Of a stretch of 40,586 nt of DNA, positions 1 to 12,245 are shown one piece after another. The notes beneath the pieces were generated by a model. That model saw only the letters and a list, made by a program, of their open reading frames with translations. It was not told the origin of the DNA and did no database searches. The position numbers were made by a program, and so were the translations under genes. Numbering within the stretch: the first letter of the stretch is position 1; each line of letters opens with the position of its first letter. Origin of the DNA: Mycolicibacterium sp. (GTDB lineage Bacteria > Actinomycetota > Actinomycetes > Mycobacteriales > Mycobacteriaceae); the NCBI GenBank assembly GCA_030666145.1, contig DAOUYK010000001.1:1-40586 (forward strand). The letters are read 5' to 3'.

Positions 1-672
1 CAGGAACAACAACGGCGCGGCGATCCACGCCGTCAACCCATCCGAAAGCGGACCGCCGATCGCAAATCCGACGAAGCCGGCCGCGTGCTGGCGGGCAATC
101 GCTTCCAGCGGCGAGCCCGAGGTTAAGTGCCACAGCCCGAGCGCGGGTAGCACGATCATCGAGGTCCCGAGGATCAACCGTGGTCGTGATTCCGGGTCGG
201 GCTCAGAACGCATCAGCCCAACACCGAGCACAGCCAGCGCGATCGGAACCAACGCCACCGAAGCGCCGATCAGAACCCGCAGAAACGTGTCGATCCACCC
301 ACCCACGGGTCGCGCGGCGTCGAACCACGAACTCGCGGCAACGACGACGGCGAGGCCCAGCAGGGCCAGGGCAATACCGTCGCGTCGGTGACCGGGTTCC
401 AGTTCGCGTGCCCTGCCGACCGAGCGGGCCGTGCTGCCGGCGCCCTTGGCCAGCATCAGCCAGCCGGTGCGCACCCCGCGACCGGCCGCGGCGCCAGCGA
501 GCGCGACCGCTGACGTCCTCCGCTGGGCAGGCTTACGCCGAGGGCCAGCCGGCCTGGACGTCTTGGACGCCTTGGACGTCTTGGACGTCTTGGACGCACG
601 CGACCCGCCTCGCGAATTCGTTTTCGGCCTGGTTGGACGGGCAGCAGATCGGGCCGCGGTCTTACTCGCCAT
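1..672 (-). CDS. ftsK: DNA translocase FtsK, N-terminal membrane region (partial, runs off the window)
   Basis: Manual translation from ATG at 672: MASKTAARS...ELEPGHRRDGIALALLGLAVVVAASSWFDAARPVG..., the typical mycobacterial FtsK N-terminus. Open to base 1; divergent from the Rv2749-like gene as in Mtb. Absent from the ORF track because it has no stop in the window. Confidence 0.9.
   Translation of the reverse strand, partial: MASKTAARSAARPTRPKTNSRGGSRASKTSKTSKASKTSRPAGPRRKPAQRRTSAVALAGAAAGRGVRTGWLMLAKGAGSTARSVGRARELEPGHRRDGIALALLGLAVVVAASSWFDAARPVGGWIDTFLRVLIGASVALVPIALAVLGVGLMRSEPDPESRPRLILGTSMIVLPALGLWHLTSGSPLEAIARQHAAGFVGFAIGGPLSDGLTAWIAAPLLFL
554..597. repeat. 9-bp in-frame tandem repeat (TTGGACGTC, about 5 copies) in the ftsK N-terminus
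   Basis: ctggacgtc ttggacgcc ttggacgtc ttggacgtc ttggacgc; encodes SKTSKTSKASKTS on the minus strand. Confidence 0.9.
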
Positions 673-940
673 GTCGTTCAGCCTAATCCCAAACACCCCA
701 GAAGCCCCAATTATCTCAGCTACCACACGGGTCACAGAATGATGTCGATCCGCCGAACTCCCCGTAGGCCCGGTCCGGCCGGCGGGCGCCCTCGAGGATC
801 CGACCTTGCCCATTGCGGTCCCGTCGCCCCACCGCGAGCGAAATTGAGTGATTCGGCCGGCCCGCAGCAAGCTGGCATGCGGCGAGCGTCGTGGTAGCTC
901 CCCGGATCGTGGCGTGATCTCGATCCGGCCGGAGCCGTAC

Positions 941-959
941 TAGGGTGGACACCTGTCCA
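941..959 (+). promoter_or_regulatory. Putative -10 (TAGGGT) overlapped by the palindrome TGGACA-CC-TGTCCA, candidate repressor operator
   Basis: Perfect 6-2-6 inverted repeat at 946-959 abutting a TANNNT hexamer about 30 nt upstream of the ABM gene start. Confidence 0.5.
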
Positions 960-990
960 ACTCAGTGCCGAGATCAAGGAGCTGCCCGAA

Positions 991-1305
991 ATGCCGATAG
1001 TCGTCATCGCCACCATGACCGCCAAGCCCGAATCGGTGGAGGCGGTCCGCAACGCGTGCACGCAGGCGATCGAGGCGGTACACAGCGAACCCGGCTGTGA
1101 CTTGTACTCGCTGCACGAGGCCAACGGCACCTTTGTGTTCATTGAGCAATGGGCCGACGCCGACGCGCTGCAAGCACACAGCGCCGCACCATCGGTCGCC
1201 ACCCTTTTTGGCGGCATCGGCGAACACCTGGACGGCGCACCCGACATCAAGATGCTGCAACCGATAGTGGCCGGAGACCCGACTAAGGGTCAGTTGCGGC
1301 CCTAG
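991..1305 (+). CDS. Antibiotic biosynthesis monooxygenase (ABM)/putative quinol monooxygenase (Rv2749-like)
   Basis: 104 aa; [10 protein letters not shown] and [14 protein letters not shown]-fold pattern; AAGGAG RBS. Confidence 0.88.
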   Translation: MPIVVIATMTAKPESVEAVRNACTQAIEAVHSEPGCDLYSLHEANGTFVFIEQWADADALQAHSAAPSVATLFGGIGEHLDGAPDIKMLQPIVAGDPTKGQLRP

Positions 1306-1316
1306 ATCGCACAGTC

Positions 1317-2135
1317 ATGGGTCAGCTCAACGGCAAGGTCGCATTCATCACAGGCGCCGCGAGGGGCCAGGGCCGAGCGCACGCAGTCAAGCTGGCATCC
1401 GAGGGCGCCGACATCATTGCTCTGGATTTGTGCGATCAGATCGACTCAGTGCCTTACCCGCTGGCCACCCCGGACGACTTGGCCGCCACCGTCAAGCTAG
1501 TCCAGGACACCGGCGCGCGCATCGTGGCCTGCCAAGCCGATGTCCGCGACCGCGACGCCGTGAAAGCCGCGCTACGGGAGGGAACCAACGAGCTCGGTGA
1601 TCGCCTCGACATCGTGGTCGCCAACGCTGGTATCGCGCCGATGGCGGCTGCCGAGGGATGGCAGGATGTCATTGACGTCAACTTAACTGGCGTGTACAAC
1701 ACTGTGGACGTGGCGATGAAGCCAATGATCAAGTTCGGCAATGGCGGCTCGATCGTGCTGATCAGCTCGGTCGCGGGCCTGCTGGGGTTGGGTGCCCCAC
1801 TTGCCGGCTCCGTTGGCTACGCGGCCGCCAAGCACGGCATGGTCGGAATTATGCGGGTGTACGCGAATTTCCTTGCCCAGTACAGTATTCGGGTCAACTC
1901 GGTGCACCCGGCAGGCGTAAGCACCCCGATGATCGACAACGAGTTCACGCGGTCCTGGCTCGATGGGTTGGCGCAGCAGCATCAAGATGGCCCCGACATG
2001 GGCAACGCCCTGCCGGTGCAAACGCTGGAACCTGAGGACATCGCCAACGCAGTCTGCTGGCTTGTATCGGACGCTGCGCGCTACGTCACCGGCATCACGC
2101 TGCCTGTCGACGCGGGATTCGTAAACAAAAGATGA
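1317..2135 (+). CDS. SDR oxidoreductase, probably mycofactocin-coupled subfamily (Rv2750-like)
   Basis: [13 protein letters not shown]-x-C followed by the [14 protein letters not shown] insert, NAG, and YAAAKHG catalytic motif. Confidence 0.9.
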   Translation: MGQLNGKVAFITGAARGQGRAHAVKLASEGADIIALDLCDQIDSVPYPLATPDDLAATVKLVQDTGARIVACQADVRDRDAVKAALREGTNELGDRLDIVVANAGIAPMAAAEGWQDVIDVNLTGVYNTVDVAMKPMIKFGNGGSIVLISSVAGLLGLGAPLAGSVGYAAAKHGMVGIMRVYANFLAQYSIRVNSVHPAGVSTPMIDNEFTRSWLDGLAQQHQDGPDMGNALPVQTLEPEDIANAVCWLVSDAARYVTGITLPVDAGFVNKR

Positions 2136-3004
2136 CAACTCAGAATCCTTCAGCTCAAACAGCTTTTGGCCCTGTCGTGTTGGCGGCGATCGAGCACTAT
2201 GAGCAGCCGGGCCGACGCCTGGTGGACGACGACCTGGCGGCGTCCTTCCTCCCCACACGGCTGCGGCTACTGCTCTGGCTGACCCGCGCCGGCGTGCTGC
2301 GTCGGGCCGCGCACAAAGCCGCGGACCGGTCTGGGCCCGGATTGTGGGCCAGCATCGTCTGCCGTAAGCGCTACATCGACGAACGACTGTCGGACCCGAT
2401 CAACGAGTTCGACAACGTTGTCATTCTGGGGGCTGGGCTGGACACCCGCGCCTACCGGATCGCTCGCTACAGCGACCTTCCGGTGTTCGAGGTCGACCAA
2501 CAGATCAACATCGAACGCAAAGCCGCTGTTGTGCGGCGGGTTCTCGGCGATGCACCCGCGTCCGTGCACTTGGTGCCAGTCGATTTCGAACGCGATGAAC
2601 TGATACCGGCCCTCAAAGCCCACGGCTACCGAGCCAGTGAGCGCACCTTTTTCATCTGGGAGGGCGTCACCCAATACCTGACCCCAGAGGCAGTGCGCGC
2701 GACGCTGAGGCAACTCAGCGGCGCCGTGGCCGGCAGCCGGCTCATCTTCACCTACGTCCGCCAAGACTTTATCGACGGGACGCAGCGGTACGGAGCCGAT
2801 TCGCTGTACAGCAGGTTTCGGGAGCGTACTCAGGTATGGAAGTCGGGGCTGGTGCCAGAGCAAGTCGGCGAGTTGTTGGCCGAGTACGGCTGGCGGCTGG
2901 TCGAACAAGCCGGGCCGAGTTACTTCCGCGACACCTACATCCGTCCCACCGGGCGCACTCTGTCCGCATCTCCCATCGAGTGGACGGCACTCGCAGAGCG
3001 GTGA
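2132..3004 (+). CDS. SAM-dependent methyltransferase, LCM/TIGR00027-like (Rv2751-like)
   Basis: [26 protein letters not shown] motifs; ATGA overlap with the SDR gene. Confidence 0.9.
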   Translation: MTTQNPSAQTAFGPVVLAAIEHYEQPGRRLVDDDLAASFLPTRLRLLLWLTRAGVLRRAAHKAADRSGPGLWASIVCRKRYIDERLSDPINEFDNVVILGAGLDTRAYRIARYSDLPVFEVDQQINIERKAAVVRRVLGDAPASVHLVPVDFERDELIPALKAHGYRASERTFFIWEGVTQYLTPEAVRATLRQLSGAVAGSRLIFTYVRQDFIDGTQRYGADSLYSRFRERTQVWKSGLVPEQVGELLAEYGWRLVEQAGPSYFRDTYIRPTGRTLSASPIEWTALAER

Positions 3005-3026
3005 GACGGCCTGCGGCCCAAAGCTA

Positions 3027-4703
3027 CTAGATCTCGATAATCGTCGGCACGATCATCGGCTGCCGGCGGTAAGTCTCCCCCACCCATTTACCGACCGCGC
3101 GGCGCACGACCTGAGCGATGCGGGACGGGTCGGTGATGTTTTGGGAGGCAAGGTTGCCCAGTTCAGCCTCGACCTTACGTGCCGCAGGTTCCAGCGCCTT
3201 GACATCCTCGGAGAAGCCCCGCGAATGCAGATGCGCCGGGGCGGCAGGCTTACCGGTGTTGCGGTGCACGACGACCGTTACCGCGATGAACCCCGAGGAC
3301 AGGATCAACCTTTCCCCCAAAGTGGCGTCCCCGACGTCACCGGTGATGAGCCCGTCGACGAACACCTTGCCAACCGGCACGCTGCCGGCGATGCTCGCCC
3401 GGCCGGACACCAAGTCGACGCTCACACCGTTCTCGGCCAGCACGATGTTCTCCTCGGGAACCCCGCTGCGTGCGGCCAAGGCGGCGTTAGCCCGCAGCAT
3501 CCGCCAGGTACCGTGCACGGGCATCACATTGCGCGGCTTTACACCGTTGTAAAGGAACAACAACTCGCCGGAGTACGCGTGGCCCGAAACATGTATGCGC
3601 GCCTGCTGATTGGTGACAACCCGGGCGCCGATCTTGGCCAGCGCGTCCGTCACGCCGTATATGGCCTCTTCGTTGCCCGGGATCAATGAGGACGACAGGA
3701 CAATGAGATCACCGGCGGTCAGGGTGATGCTTCGGTGCTCACCGCGCGACATCCGCGACAGCGCCGCCATCGGTTCGCCCTGGGTGCCGGTAGTGATGAG
3801 TACCACCCGATCGGCCGGCATCATCTCAGCGGTGGCGATGTCGAGGACGTCCTCGTCGGCAACGCGCAGATAGCCAAGATCACGCGCGATTCCCATATTC
3901 CGCAACATCGAGCGCCCAACGAAGGCCACCCGGCGCCCCAGCGCCACCGCCGCATCGATGATCTGCTGTACGCGATCGACATTGGATGCAAAACACGCGA
4001 CAATGACCCGTCCTTCAGCCCCACGTATCACGCGATGCAATGCCGGGCCGACCTCGCTCTCGGATGGCCCGACGCCCGGGATATCGGAGTTCGTCGAATC
4101 GCACAAGAAAAGGTCCACTCCGGCGTCGCCGAGTCGCGACATCCCCGGCAGGTCGGTCGGCCTGCCGTCCAGCGGTAACTGATCGAGCTTGATGTCACCG
4201 GTATGCAGCACCGTTCCCGCGCCGGTGTGGATACCGATGGCCAGACACCCTGGAATGGAGTGATTGACCGCGAAGTACTGGCATTGGAAAACACCGTGGT
4301 CAGATCGTGTGCCCTCGGCCACCTCAACCAACACCGGTTTGAGGCGGTGTTCCCGACACTTGGCAGCCACTAGCGCGAGGGTGAAATTCGAACCGAAGAT
4401 CGGGATGTCGGACCGCAACTTAAGCAGAAACGGGATTGCGCCGATGTGGTCTTCGTGCCCGTGGGTCACGACGAGCGCTTCCACATCATCGAGACGGTGC
4501 TCTATGTGCCGCAGGTCGGGCAGGATTAGATCGACGCCGGGCTCGTCGTGATTAGGGAACAGCACGCCGCAATCGACGATTAGCAGTCGGTCGAGGTGCT
4601 CGAAAACGGTCATGTTGCGCCCGATTTCGTTGATACCGCCGAGCGCGGTCACCCGCAGGCCCCCCGGGACCAGCGATCCGGGTGGATCGAGGGCTAAATC
4701 CAT
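3027..4703 (-). CDS. rnj: Ribonuclease J
   Basis: LGGINEIGRNM, THGHEDHIGA metallo-beta-lactamase motif, HVSGHA, PVHG. Confidence 0.97.
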   Translation of the reverse strand: MDLALDPPGSLVPGGLRVTALGGINEIGRNMTVFEHLDRLLIVDCGVLFPNHDEPGVDLILPDLRHIEHRLDDVEALVVTHGHEDHIGAIPFLLKLRSDIPIFGSNFTLALVAAKCREHRLKPVLVEVAEGTRSDHGVFQCQYFAVNHSIPGCLAIGIHTGAGTVLHTGDIKLDQLPLDGRPTDLPGMSRLGDAGVDLFLCDSTNSDIPGVGPSESEVGPALHRVIRGAEGRVIVACFASNVDRVQQIIDAAVALGRRVAFVGRSMLRNMGIARDLGYLRVADEDVLDIATAEMMPADRVVLITTGTQGEPMAALSRMSRGEHRSITLTAGDLIVLSSSLIPGNEEAIYGVTDALAKIGARVVTNQQARIHVSGHAYSGELLFLYNGVKPRNVMPVHGTWRMLRANAALAARSGVPEENIVLAENGVSVDLVSGRASIAGSVPVGKVFVDGLITGDVGDATLGERLILSSGFIAVTVVVHRNTGKPAAPAHLHSRGFSEDVKALEPAARKVEAELGNLASQNITDPSRIAQVVRRAVGKWVGETYRRQPMIVPTIIEI

Positions 4704-4714
4704 TAGAGGCCCAT

Positions 4715-5641
<927 letters not shown>

Positions 5642-5668
5642 TTAGCGGGATACGAATTCATTGCCGGC

Positions 5669-6445
5669 TCACACCTCAGTTGCCAGCGGGCTGGTCGCGA
5701 CCTCGGTGCCATCCCCGAGCACGGTGATCTCGAAGTCGGAGAAGACCTGGGGAGTGACGTCGACGAGTTGGCGCAGGCATTCGATCGCCAACCGCCGAAT
5801 CTCCACGTCGGCGTGCTCGCTGGCCCTCATCGCGATGAAGTGCCGCCACGCCCGGTAATTCCCGGTGACGACGATTCGTGTCTCGGTGGCGTTAGGCAGC
5901 ACCGCGCGCGCGGCCTGGCGGGCCTGCTTACGTCCCAATACACCAGGAATCGCCGGTTTGTCCGACCCCTCCGGCTGATCGGTGAACCTGGACTCCAGAC
6001 GCACGAGCAGCTCGCTGTAAGCAGCGCGACTCGCGTCGGCCGCAGCCTTGAGGATCTCCCGCAGCTCGGGATCATCCTCGATGCCTGGTGGCGCCACGAC
6101 CTGCGAGTCGTGTTCAGGCACATACCGTTGCGAGAGCTGCGAGTAGGAGAAGTGGCGGTGCCGGACCAGCTCATGGGTACACGACCGCGAGATGCCGGAG
6201 ATGTAGAACGACACCGAGGCGTGTTCGAGCACGGAGAAGTGCCCAACGTCGATGATGTGCCGCAGGTAGGACGCGTTGGTCGCCGTGCGCGGATTGGGCT
6301 TGGACCAACTCTGGTAGCACGCGCGACCGGCGAACTCCACCAGTGCAGCACCACCGTCGGCATCGGTGCTCCACGGCACGTCCGGGGGTGGGCAAAACTC
6401 CGTCTTGGCGATCAGCTGCACACGCAGCGGCGCGATCTCGGCCAC
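5669..6445 (-). CDS. thyX: FAD-dependent thymidylate synthase
   Basis: GHFSVLEH and the [14 protein letters not shown] ThyX signature. Confidence 0.97.
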   Translation of the reverse strand: MAEIAPLRVQLIAKTEFCPPPDVPWSTDADGGAALVEFAGRACYQSWSKPNPRTATNASYLRHIIDVGHFSVLEHASVSFYISGISRSCTHELVRHRHFSYSQLSQRYVPEHDSQVVAPPGIEDDPELREILKAAADASRAAYSELLVRLESRFTDQPEGSDKPAIPGVLGRKQARQAARAVLPNATETRIVVTGNYRAWRHFIAMRASEHADVEIRRLAIECLRQLVDVTPQVFSDFEITVLGDGTEVATSPLATEV

Positions 6446-6546
6446 GCCTGGAGCCTAACCTGCCAGGGCCGCCCAACGGCTCGTTGAGACCGCGTACGCG
6501 ACGACATCCTCACACAGGCGCCTAGGACCTCCATAGCGCTACCAAC

Positions 6547-7767
6547 CTAACCAAGTTCACTTTTCAGCTCGGCCATCAGGTCGCCCCGCACCCCCACACA
6601 GACGCCGCCAAGCCCGAGCCAACCCGCCATCGACCGCAACTCTACGGCCAACGCCGCTGCCACCCGTGAGCGATCCCGTCCGTCCTCGGCGAACGCCCCG
6701 AGGACCTGCAGCGCACCGTTGACCCTGTCGGCCTTGAGATCGACGCGGCCGGCCAGATCCCCATCGAGCAGCAACGGCCATACGTAGTAGCCGAACTGAC
6801 GCTTCGGCGCAGGTGTGTAAATCTCGATGCGGTAGCGGAATCCGAACAGCCGCTCCACTCTGGGCCGGAAGAAGATCAGCGGATCGAAAGGGCACAACAG
6901 AGCCGTCCCCCGGTCTCGACGCGGCACGATCTGGCCCGTCCGCAGGTACGCCCGCGATGTCCACCCCTCGACCTCCACTTGTTCGAGGGAGCCGTCGGCC
7001 AGCAGGTCAGCGATCGCGGGCTTGACCTGCCTGGAAGCCAGCCGGAAGTAGTCGCGCAAGTCAGCCTCGGTGCCGATACCCAGTGCCGCGGCCGCCCGTG
7101 ACGTGAGCTCGCGGACGGCATCGCCCTCGTCAACCTCTCGATCCAACACCTCGGGGGGCAGTACCCGCTCAGTGAGGTCATAGTGACGCGCGAACCCGAC
7201 CCGGGTGGCCGTCGTGAGCACCCCCGCCGACCACAGCCCCTCAGCCACCCATTTTGTGTCGGTGCGATCCCACATCGCCTTCTTGGCGGGCCCAGCCGCC
7301 GTCCTAGGTTCGGATTCGAGGTGAGCGGCAATCTGACCTGCGGTCGAGGGGCCGAGTTCGGACACGGCGTCGACGATGTCGTCGGCGAGCTTGGCGTTCT
7401 TCTTGACGATCTCGGTGCCCCAGCGGCCGTGCCGATACTCGCGCATGCGCCATCGCAGCAGCGGCCAGTCATCGACGGACATCAGCGCCGCCTCGTGCGC
7501 CCAATATTCGACCAGCAGCCGCGGCGCCCGCGGCGAGTGGCTCCAAGCCGCGCGGTCGAGTATGCCGCGGCCATAGGGCCCAAGCCGACTGAACACTGGC
7601 GCGTAGTGTGCACGCACCGACACCGAGATGGAGTCGAGCTGCAGCAGGTGCAGCCTGGCGAACAGGCGTTTAAGGTGCGCCCGCGTGACGGCTCCCCCCG
7701 AATTAGCTTCGTGGAAGCCCTGCGCAGCGACTGCCACCCGCCGCGCCTGTACGGCGCTGAGCTTCAC
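6547..7767 (-). CDS. HTH_42 winged-helix protein, AlkZ/YcaQ-like DNA crosslink glycosylase family
   Basis: LLQLDSISV (QxD motif), [42 protein letters not shown] start overlaps the dfrA stop (GTGA). Confidence 0.85.
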   Translation of the reverse strand: MKLSAVQARRVAVAAQGFHEANSGGAVTRAHLKRLFARLHLLQLDSISVSVRAHYAPVFSRLGPYGRGILDRAAWSHSPRAPRLLVEYWAHEAALMSVDDWPLLRWRMREYRHGRWGTEIVKKNAKLADDIVDAVSELGPSTAGQIAAHLESEPRTAAGPAKKAMWDRTDTKWVAEGLWSAGVLTTATRVGFARHYDLTERVLPPEVLDREVDEGDAVRELTSRAAAALGIGTEADLRDYFRLASRQVKPAIADLLADGSLEQVEVEGWTSRAYLRTGQIVPRRDRGTALLCPFDPLIFFRPRVERLFGFRYRIEIYTPAPKRQFGYYVWPLLLDGDLAGRVDLKADRVNGALQVLGAFAEDGRDRSRVAAALAVELRSMAGWLGLGGVCVGVRGDLMAELKSELG

Positions 7768-8243
7768 GCTCGTCGGTAGCTGCAGAACCGGTAGCGCAAT
7801 CCAGACGAGCTGTCCCGCCAATCCCCTTCGGTACCGACCCACGCCCCGTCGAGCGCCGGCGCCAGCGCGTCGTCGTCCTCGCGGTGCAGGTCAATGTCGA
7901 CCTCAGTGATCTCGCACCGCGTCGCCACCGGCAGGGCCAGCCGGTAGATCTGCGAGCCGCCGATCACCCAGGCGTCGCCTAGCGGGGCCTCCTCTAGGGA
8001 CCGGACTACCTCAGCTCCTTCAGCCATATAGTCAGCCTGACGAGTGAATACGACATTTTCGCGGCCCGGCAGAGGCCGAAACTTCGCGGGCAACGATTCC
8101 CACGTCAGCCGGCCCATAATCACGGTGTGCCCCATGGTCAGAGCTTTGAAACGTTCCATGTCCTCAGGAACGCGCCACGGTATGCCGTTGTCACGACCGA
8201 TAACCCCTGAACCCGACTGCGCCCAGATCAGATTCAGGGTCAT
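7764..8243 (-). CDS. dfrA: Dihydrofolate reductase
   Basis: [42 protein letters not shown] at 8243. Confidence 0.96.
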   Translation of the reverse strand: MTLNLIWAQSGSGVIGRDNGIPWRVPEDMERFKALTMGHTVIMGRLTWESLPAKFRPLPGRENVVFTRQADYMAEGAEVVRSLEEAPLGDAWVIGGSQIYRLALPVATRCEITEVDIDLHREDDDALAPALDGAWVGTEGDWRDSSSGLRYRFCSYRRA

Positions 8244-8302
8244 GATTCGGACCTGCAAGCAGTCCTCATACTCATGATTCGGACCTGGAAGCAGTCCTCA
8301 TA
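8240..8302. repeat. Tandem duplication, 32-bp period (two 31-bp copies, 1 mismatch), between thyA and dfrA
   Basis: TCATGATTCGGACCTG[C/G]AAGCAGTCCTCATA at 8240-8270 and 8272-8302. Confidence 0.95.
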
Positions 8303-9098
8303 CAGCCACCGGTGCCTTGATCGCTGGGTGCGGGTCGTAATTGCTGACCACGATGTCCTCGTAGGTGTAGCTGAAGAGCGACTCTTGTTGTGCCAGAATC
8401 AGTTCAGGATACGGCCGGGGCGAACGCGATAGTTGTTCGGTGACCTGCTCGACATGGTTGTCGTAGATGTGGCAATCCCCTCCGGTCCAGATGAACTCCC
8501 CGACGCCGAGGCCTGCCTGAGTCGCCATCATGTGGGTCAGCAAGGCATAGCTGGCGATGTTGAACGGGACACCCAGGAACAGGTCGGCGCTGCGCTGATA
8601 GAGCTGGCAGCTCAACCGACCGTCAGCCACATAGAACTGGAAGAACGCGTGGCAAGGCAGTAACGCCATTCGAGGAATCTCGCCGACGTTCCAGGCCGAA
8701 ACGATATTCCGGCGCGAGTCGGGGTCGGACTTCAGCAGCTCCAAAGCGGCGCTGATCTGATCGATGTGCTCGCCCGAAGGCGTCGGCCACGACCGCCACT
8801 GTACGCCGTATACCGGACCGAGATCACCTGTCGAAGAAGCCCATTCGTCCCAAATGGTGACCCCGCGCTCCTGCAGCCACCTTACGTTCGAGTCACCGCG
8901 CAAGAACCACAGCAGCTCGTAGACGATCGACTTGGTGTGCACCTTTTTGGTGGTGATCAACGGGAACCCGTCGGCCAGGTCGTAGCGCAGTTGATGGCCG
9001 AAAAGGCTACGAGTGCCGGTTCCGGTCCGATCGGATTTCGGAATCCCGGTGTCAAGCACCAGGCGCAGCAGATCCTCGTATGGCGTAGCGATCGGCAC
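8298..9098 (-). CDS. thyA: Thymidylate synthase
   Basis: DRTGTGT, PCH catalytic Cys, [20 protein letters not shown]. Confidence 0.98.
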   Translation of the reverse strand: MPIATPYEDLLRLVLDTGIPKSDRTGTGTRSLFGHQLRYDLADGFPLITTKKVHTKSIVYELLWFLRGDSNVRWLQERGVTIWDEWASSTGDLGPVYGVQWRSWPTPSGEHIDQISAALELLKSDPDSRRNIVSAWNVGEIPRMALLPCHAFFQFYVADGRLSCQLYQRSADLFLGVPFNIASYALLTHMMATQAGLGVGEFIWTGGDCHIYDNHVEQVTEQLSRSPRPYPELILAQQESLFSYTYEDIVVSNYDPHPAIKAPVAV

Positions 9099-9251
9099 CT
9101 AGTCAGCTTACGTCGCAACGGACGGAGCACAACGCCGACCATGCCGAGGGCCAGTCACACCATGACGGCGACTGGCGACATTCACCATGACGACGGTCTT
9201 CGAGGACGAGACCTGGGCCCGTCTTGCCCTGTCGGCATCCCATGAGCGACC

Positions 9252-10166
9252 ATGAGCACCGGGTACGAACAAACGCTCAGCGAACCGCTACTCAACGACC
9301 GTGGGTCACGGATCGACCCGGTACTTGCGCGGAGCTGGCTGCTGATCAGCGGCGCGCACTACGAGCGCTTCCAATCGGCGACTGATTCCAGGGCGGACAT
9401 CGTGGTCCTCGACATCGAGGAGGCAGTTGCCCCGAAGGACAAGGCAACCGCACGCGAGGATGCGACCGAGTGGTTCGCGGCCGGCAACAGCGACTGGGTA
9501 AGGGTCAACGGATTTGGCACCCAATGGTGGGCCGACGACCTGGAGATGCTGGCCGGTAAGCCGGTTGGTGGCGTAATGCTCGCGATGGTCGAGTCGGTCG
9601 ATCACGTCACCGAAACCGCCAAACAGCTACCGGGCGTGCCGATCGTCGCCCTGGTCGAGACCGCTCGCGGGTTGGAACGTATCACCGAAATCGCATCCGC
9701 CAAAGGTACATTCCGCCTCGCTTTCGGCATCGGCGACTTCCGCCGCGACACCGGTTTTGGCGACGACCCGACGACCCTGGCCTACGCGCGCTCCCGCTTC
9801 ACGATCGCCGCCAAGTCGGCGCATCTCCCGAGCGCCATCGACGGGCCGACGGTGGGATCAAGCGCACTGAAGCTGAGCGAGGCGACGGCAGTGTCGGTGG
9901 AGTTCGGCATGACGGGCAAGATCTGCCTGACGCCGGATCAGTGCCCCACCATCAACGAGGGACTGTCCCCCTCTGTCGAGGAAATTTTCTGGGCCAACGA
10001 GTTTTTCGTCGAGTTCGAGCGTGATGGCGGTGAAATCCGCAATGGCTCGGACCTGCCGCGCATCGCCCGTGCCAAGAAGAACAGGGTCGCGTCGCGCTCG
10101 TCGAGCATGGACAGGTCAAAGGATCCGATGCTGAGTTGTTCGATGGTGCTGAGACCGTCGAGGTGA
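9252..10166 (+). CDS. HpcH/HpaI aldolase/citrate lyase beta (CitE-like) protein, likely with a replaced C-terminus
   Basis: ARSWLL, VVLDIEEAVAP, WVRVN, LVETARG, FGIGDF, GMTGKICL. Family-like sequence ends near ARAKK (~10080), followed by an unrelated tail. Confidence 0.8.
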   Translation: MSTGYEQTLSEPLLNDRGSRIDPVLARSWLLISGAHYERFQSATDSRADIVVLDIEEAVAPKDKATAREDATEWFAAGNSDWVRVNGFGTQWWADDLEMLAGKPVGGVMLAMVESVDHVTETAKQLPGVPIVALVETARGLERITEIASAKGTFRLAFGIGDFRRDTGFGDDPTTLAYARSRFTIAAKSAHLPSAIDGPTVGSSALKLSEATAVSVEFGMTGKICLTPDQCPTINEGLSPSVEEIFWANEFFVEFERDGGEIRNGSDLPRIARAKKNRVASRSSSMDRSKDPMLSCSMVLRPSR

Positions 10167-10445
10167 TCGGTGGCGCCTAGCCCGAGACGCACCCACGAGG
10201 TGACGGCTTTGGAGACCGTGATCGCCACGCTGTCGCGCATGCGGCTGTTGAATGTCAGCACACGCTGCATGGGTTCTGTCAGCATCGTGTGGGGGCACAG
10301 CGCTGCGGCGGTCACCCAAGACGGTGCGGCCTGCAATGCATTGTCGGTGTTCCCGCCCCCGTCATCGTTGTCGACGCCAAGGTTTTCCGCTGCTTTGAGC
10401 ACCCACGGCATTCCCTGGTTGTTGCCGTGGAGACCGGCGGCGTAT
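10081..10445 (-). pseudogene. Internal fragment of a possible TraG/TraD/VirD4-like conjugative coupling protein
   Basis: Open frame YAAGLHGNNQGMPWVLKAAENL...RMRDSVAITVSKAVTSW...SFDLSMLDERDATLF resembles, from recall, the mid-region of actinobacterial coupling proteins. No Walker motifs or natural ends are present. Confidence 0.4.
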
Positions 10446-10531
10446 GGTGCGCTGCAAGTTCGATTGGAGACGCTCAGGCAGCAGGGCGGAGATCGGCGAG
10501 GTCGGCGAAAACCTGGTGTGAGACTCCTTCC

Positions 10532-10983
10532 TCAGCTCATCAATTGCGCAGCGACCGTGGCGCCGAGATTCCAGCACGCTTCGAGTTCAACCCTGCTCGG
10601 CTTGCCGGATACTACGACGGTGTCGGCGGCCTGCTCCCAGCCGAGCCCGCCCGTGATGGCATCGACAGCTCGCTGGGCTCCCTCGGTGCCCTCGTTGCCA
10701 TGCAGGTAAAGCCCGAACGGCCTCCCCCGTGTCGAGTCCAGAATCTGGTAATAGGCGCAGTCAAATGCGTGTTTGAGGGCGCCGCTGATGTAGCCGAGGT
10801 TGGCTGGCGTACCCAAGACGCAGCCGTCGGCCTCCAGCATCTCGACCGACGACACGGTGAGCGCCGGTCTCCGCGCAACCTCGACGCCCTCGATCTCGGG
10901 GTCGGTCGCCCCTGCCACGACCGCCTCGAACATCTCCTCGCAGTGCGGCGATGGTGTGTGGTGCACGATTAACAGCGTCTTGC

Positions 10984-10987
<4 letters not shown>
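10532..10987 (-). CDS. Flavodoxin family protein (Rv2771c-like)
   Basis: LLIVHHTPSP, LGTPANLGYISGALKHAFD, HGNEGTEGA. Confidence 0.88.
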
Positions 10988-12194
<1,207 letters not shown>

Positions 12195-12245
12195 CTAGTG
12201 GGAGTTGATCAGCGTGTCCTTGACGGGGATTTAGATTAGGTCACG

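Noticed and set aside
180-686. Plus-strand ORF with WTSWTPWTS repeats
   Set aside because: Antisense reading of ftsK and its 9-bp repeat.
720-940. ftsK-ABM intergenic region as an sRNA or small gene
   Set aside because: Only short GC-rich palindromes expected by chance; no recognisable RNA family or coding signal.
6460-6546. Possible REP-like remnant upstream of thyX
   Set aside because: No complete inverted repeat and no second copy in the window.
8240-8302. Repeat of CRISPR-like length
   Set aside because: Only two copies separated by 1 nt, with no spacers and no cas genes.
5669-9098. Co-occurrence of thyA and thyX as a novelty
   Set aside because: Standard for mycobacteria.
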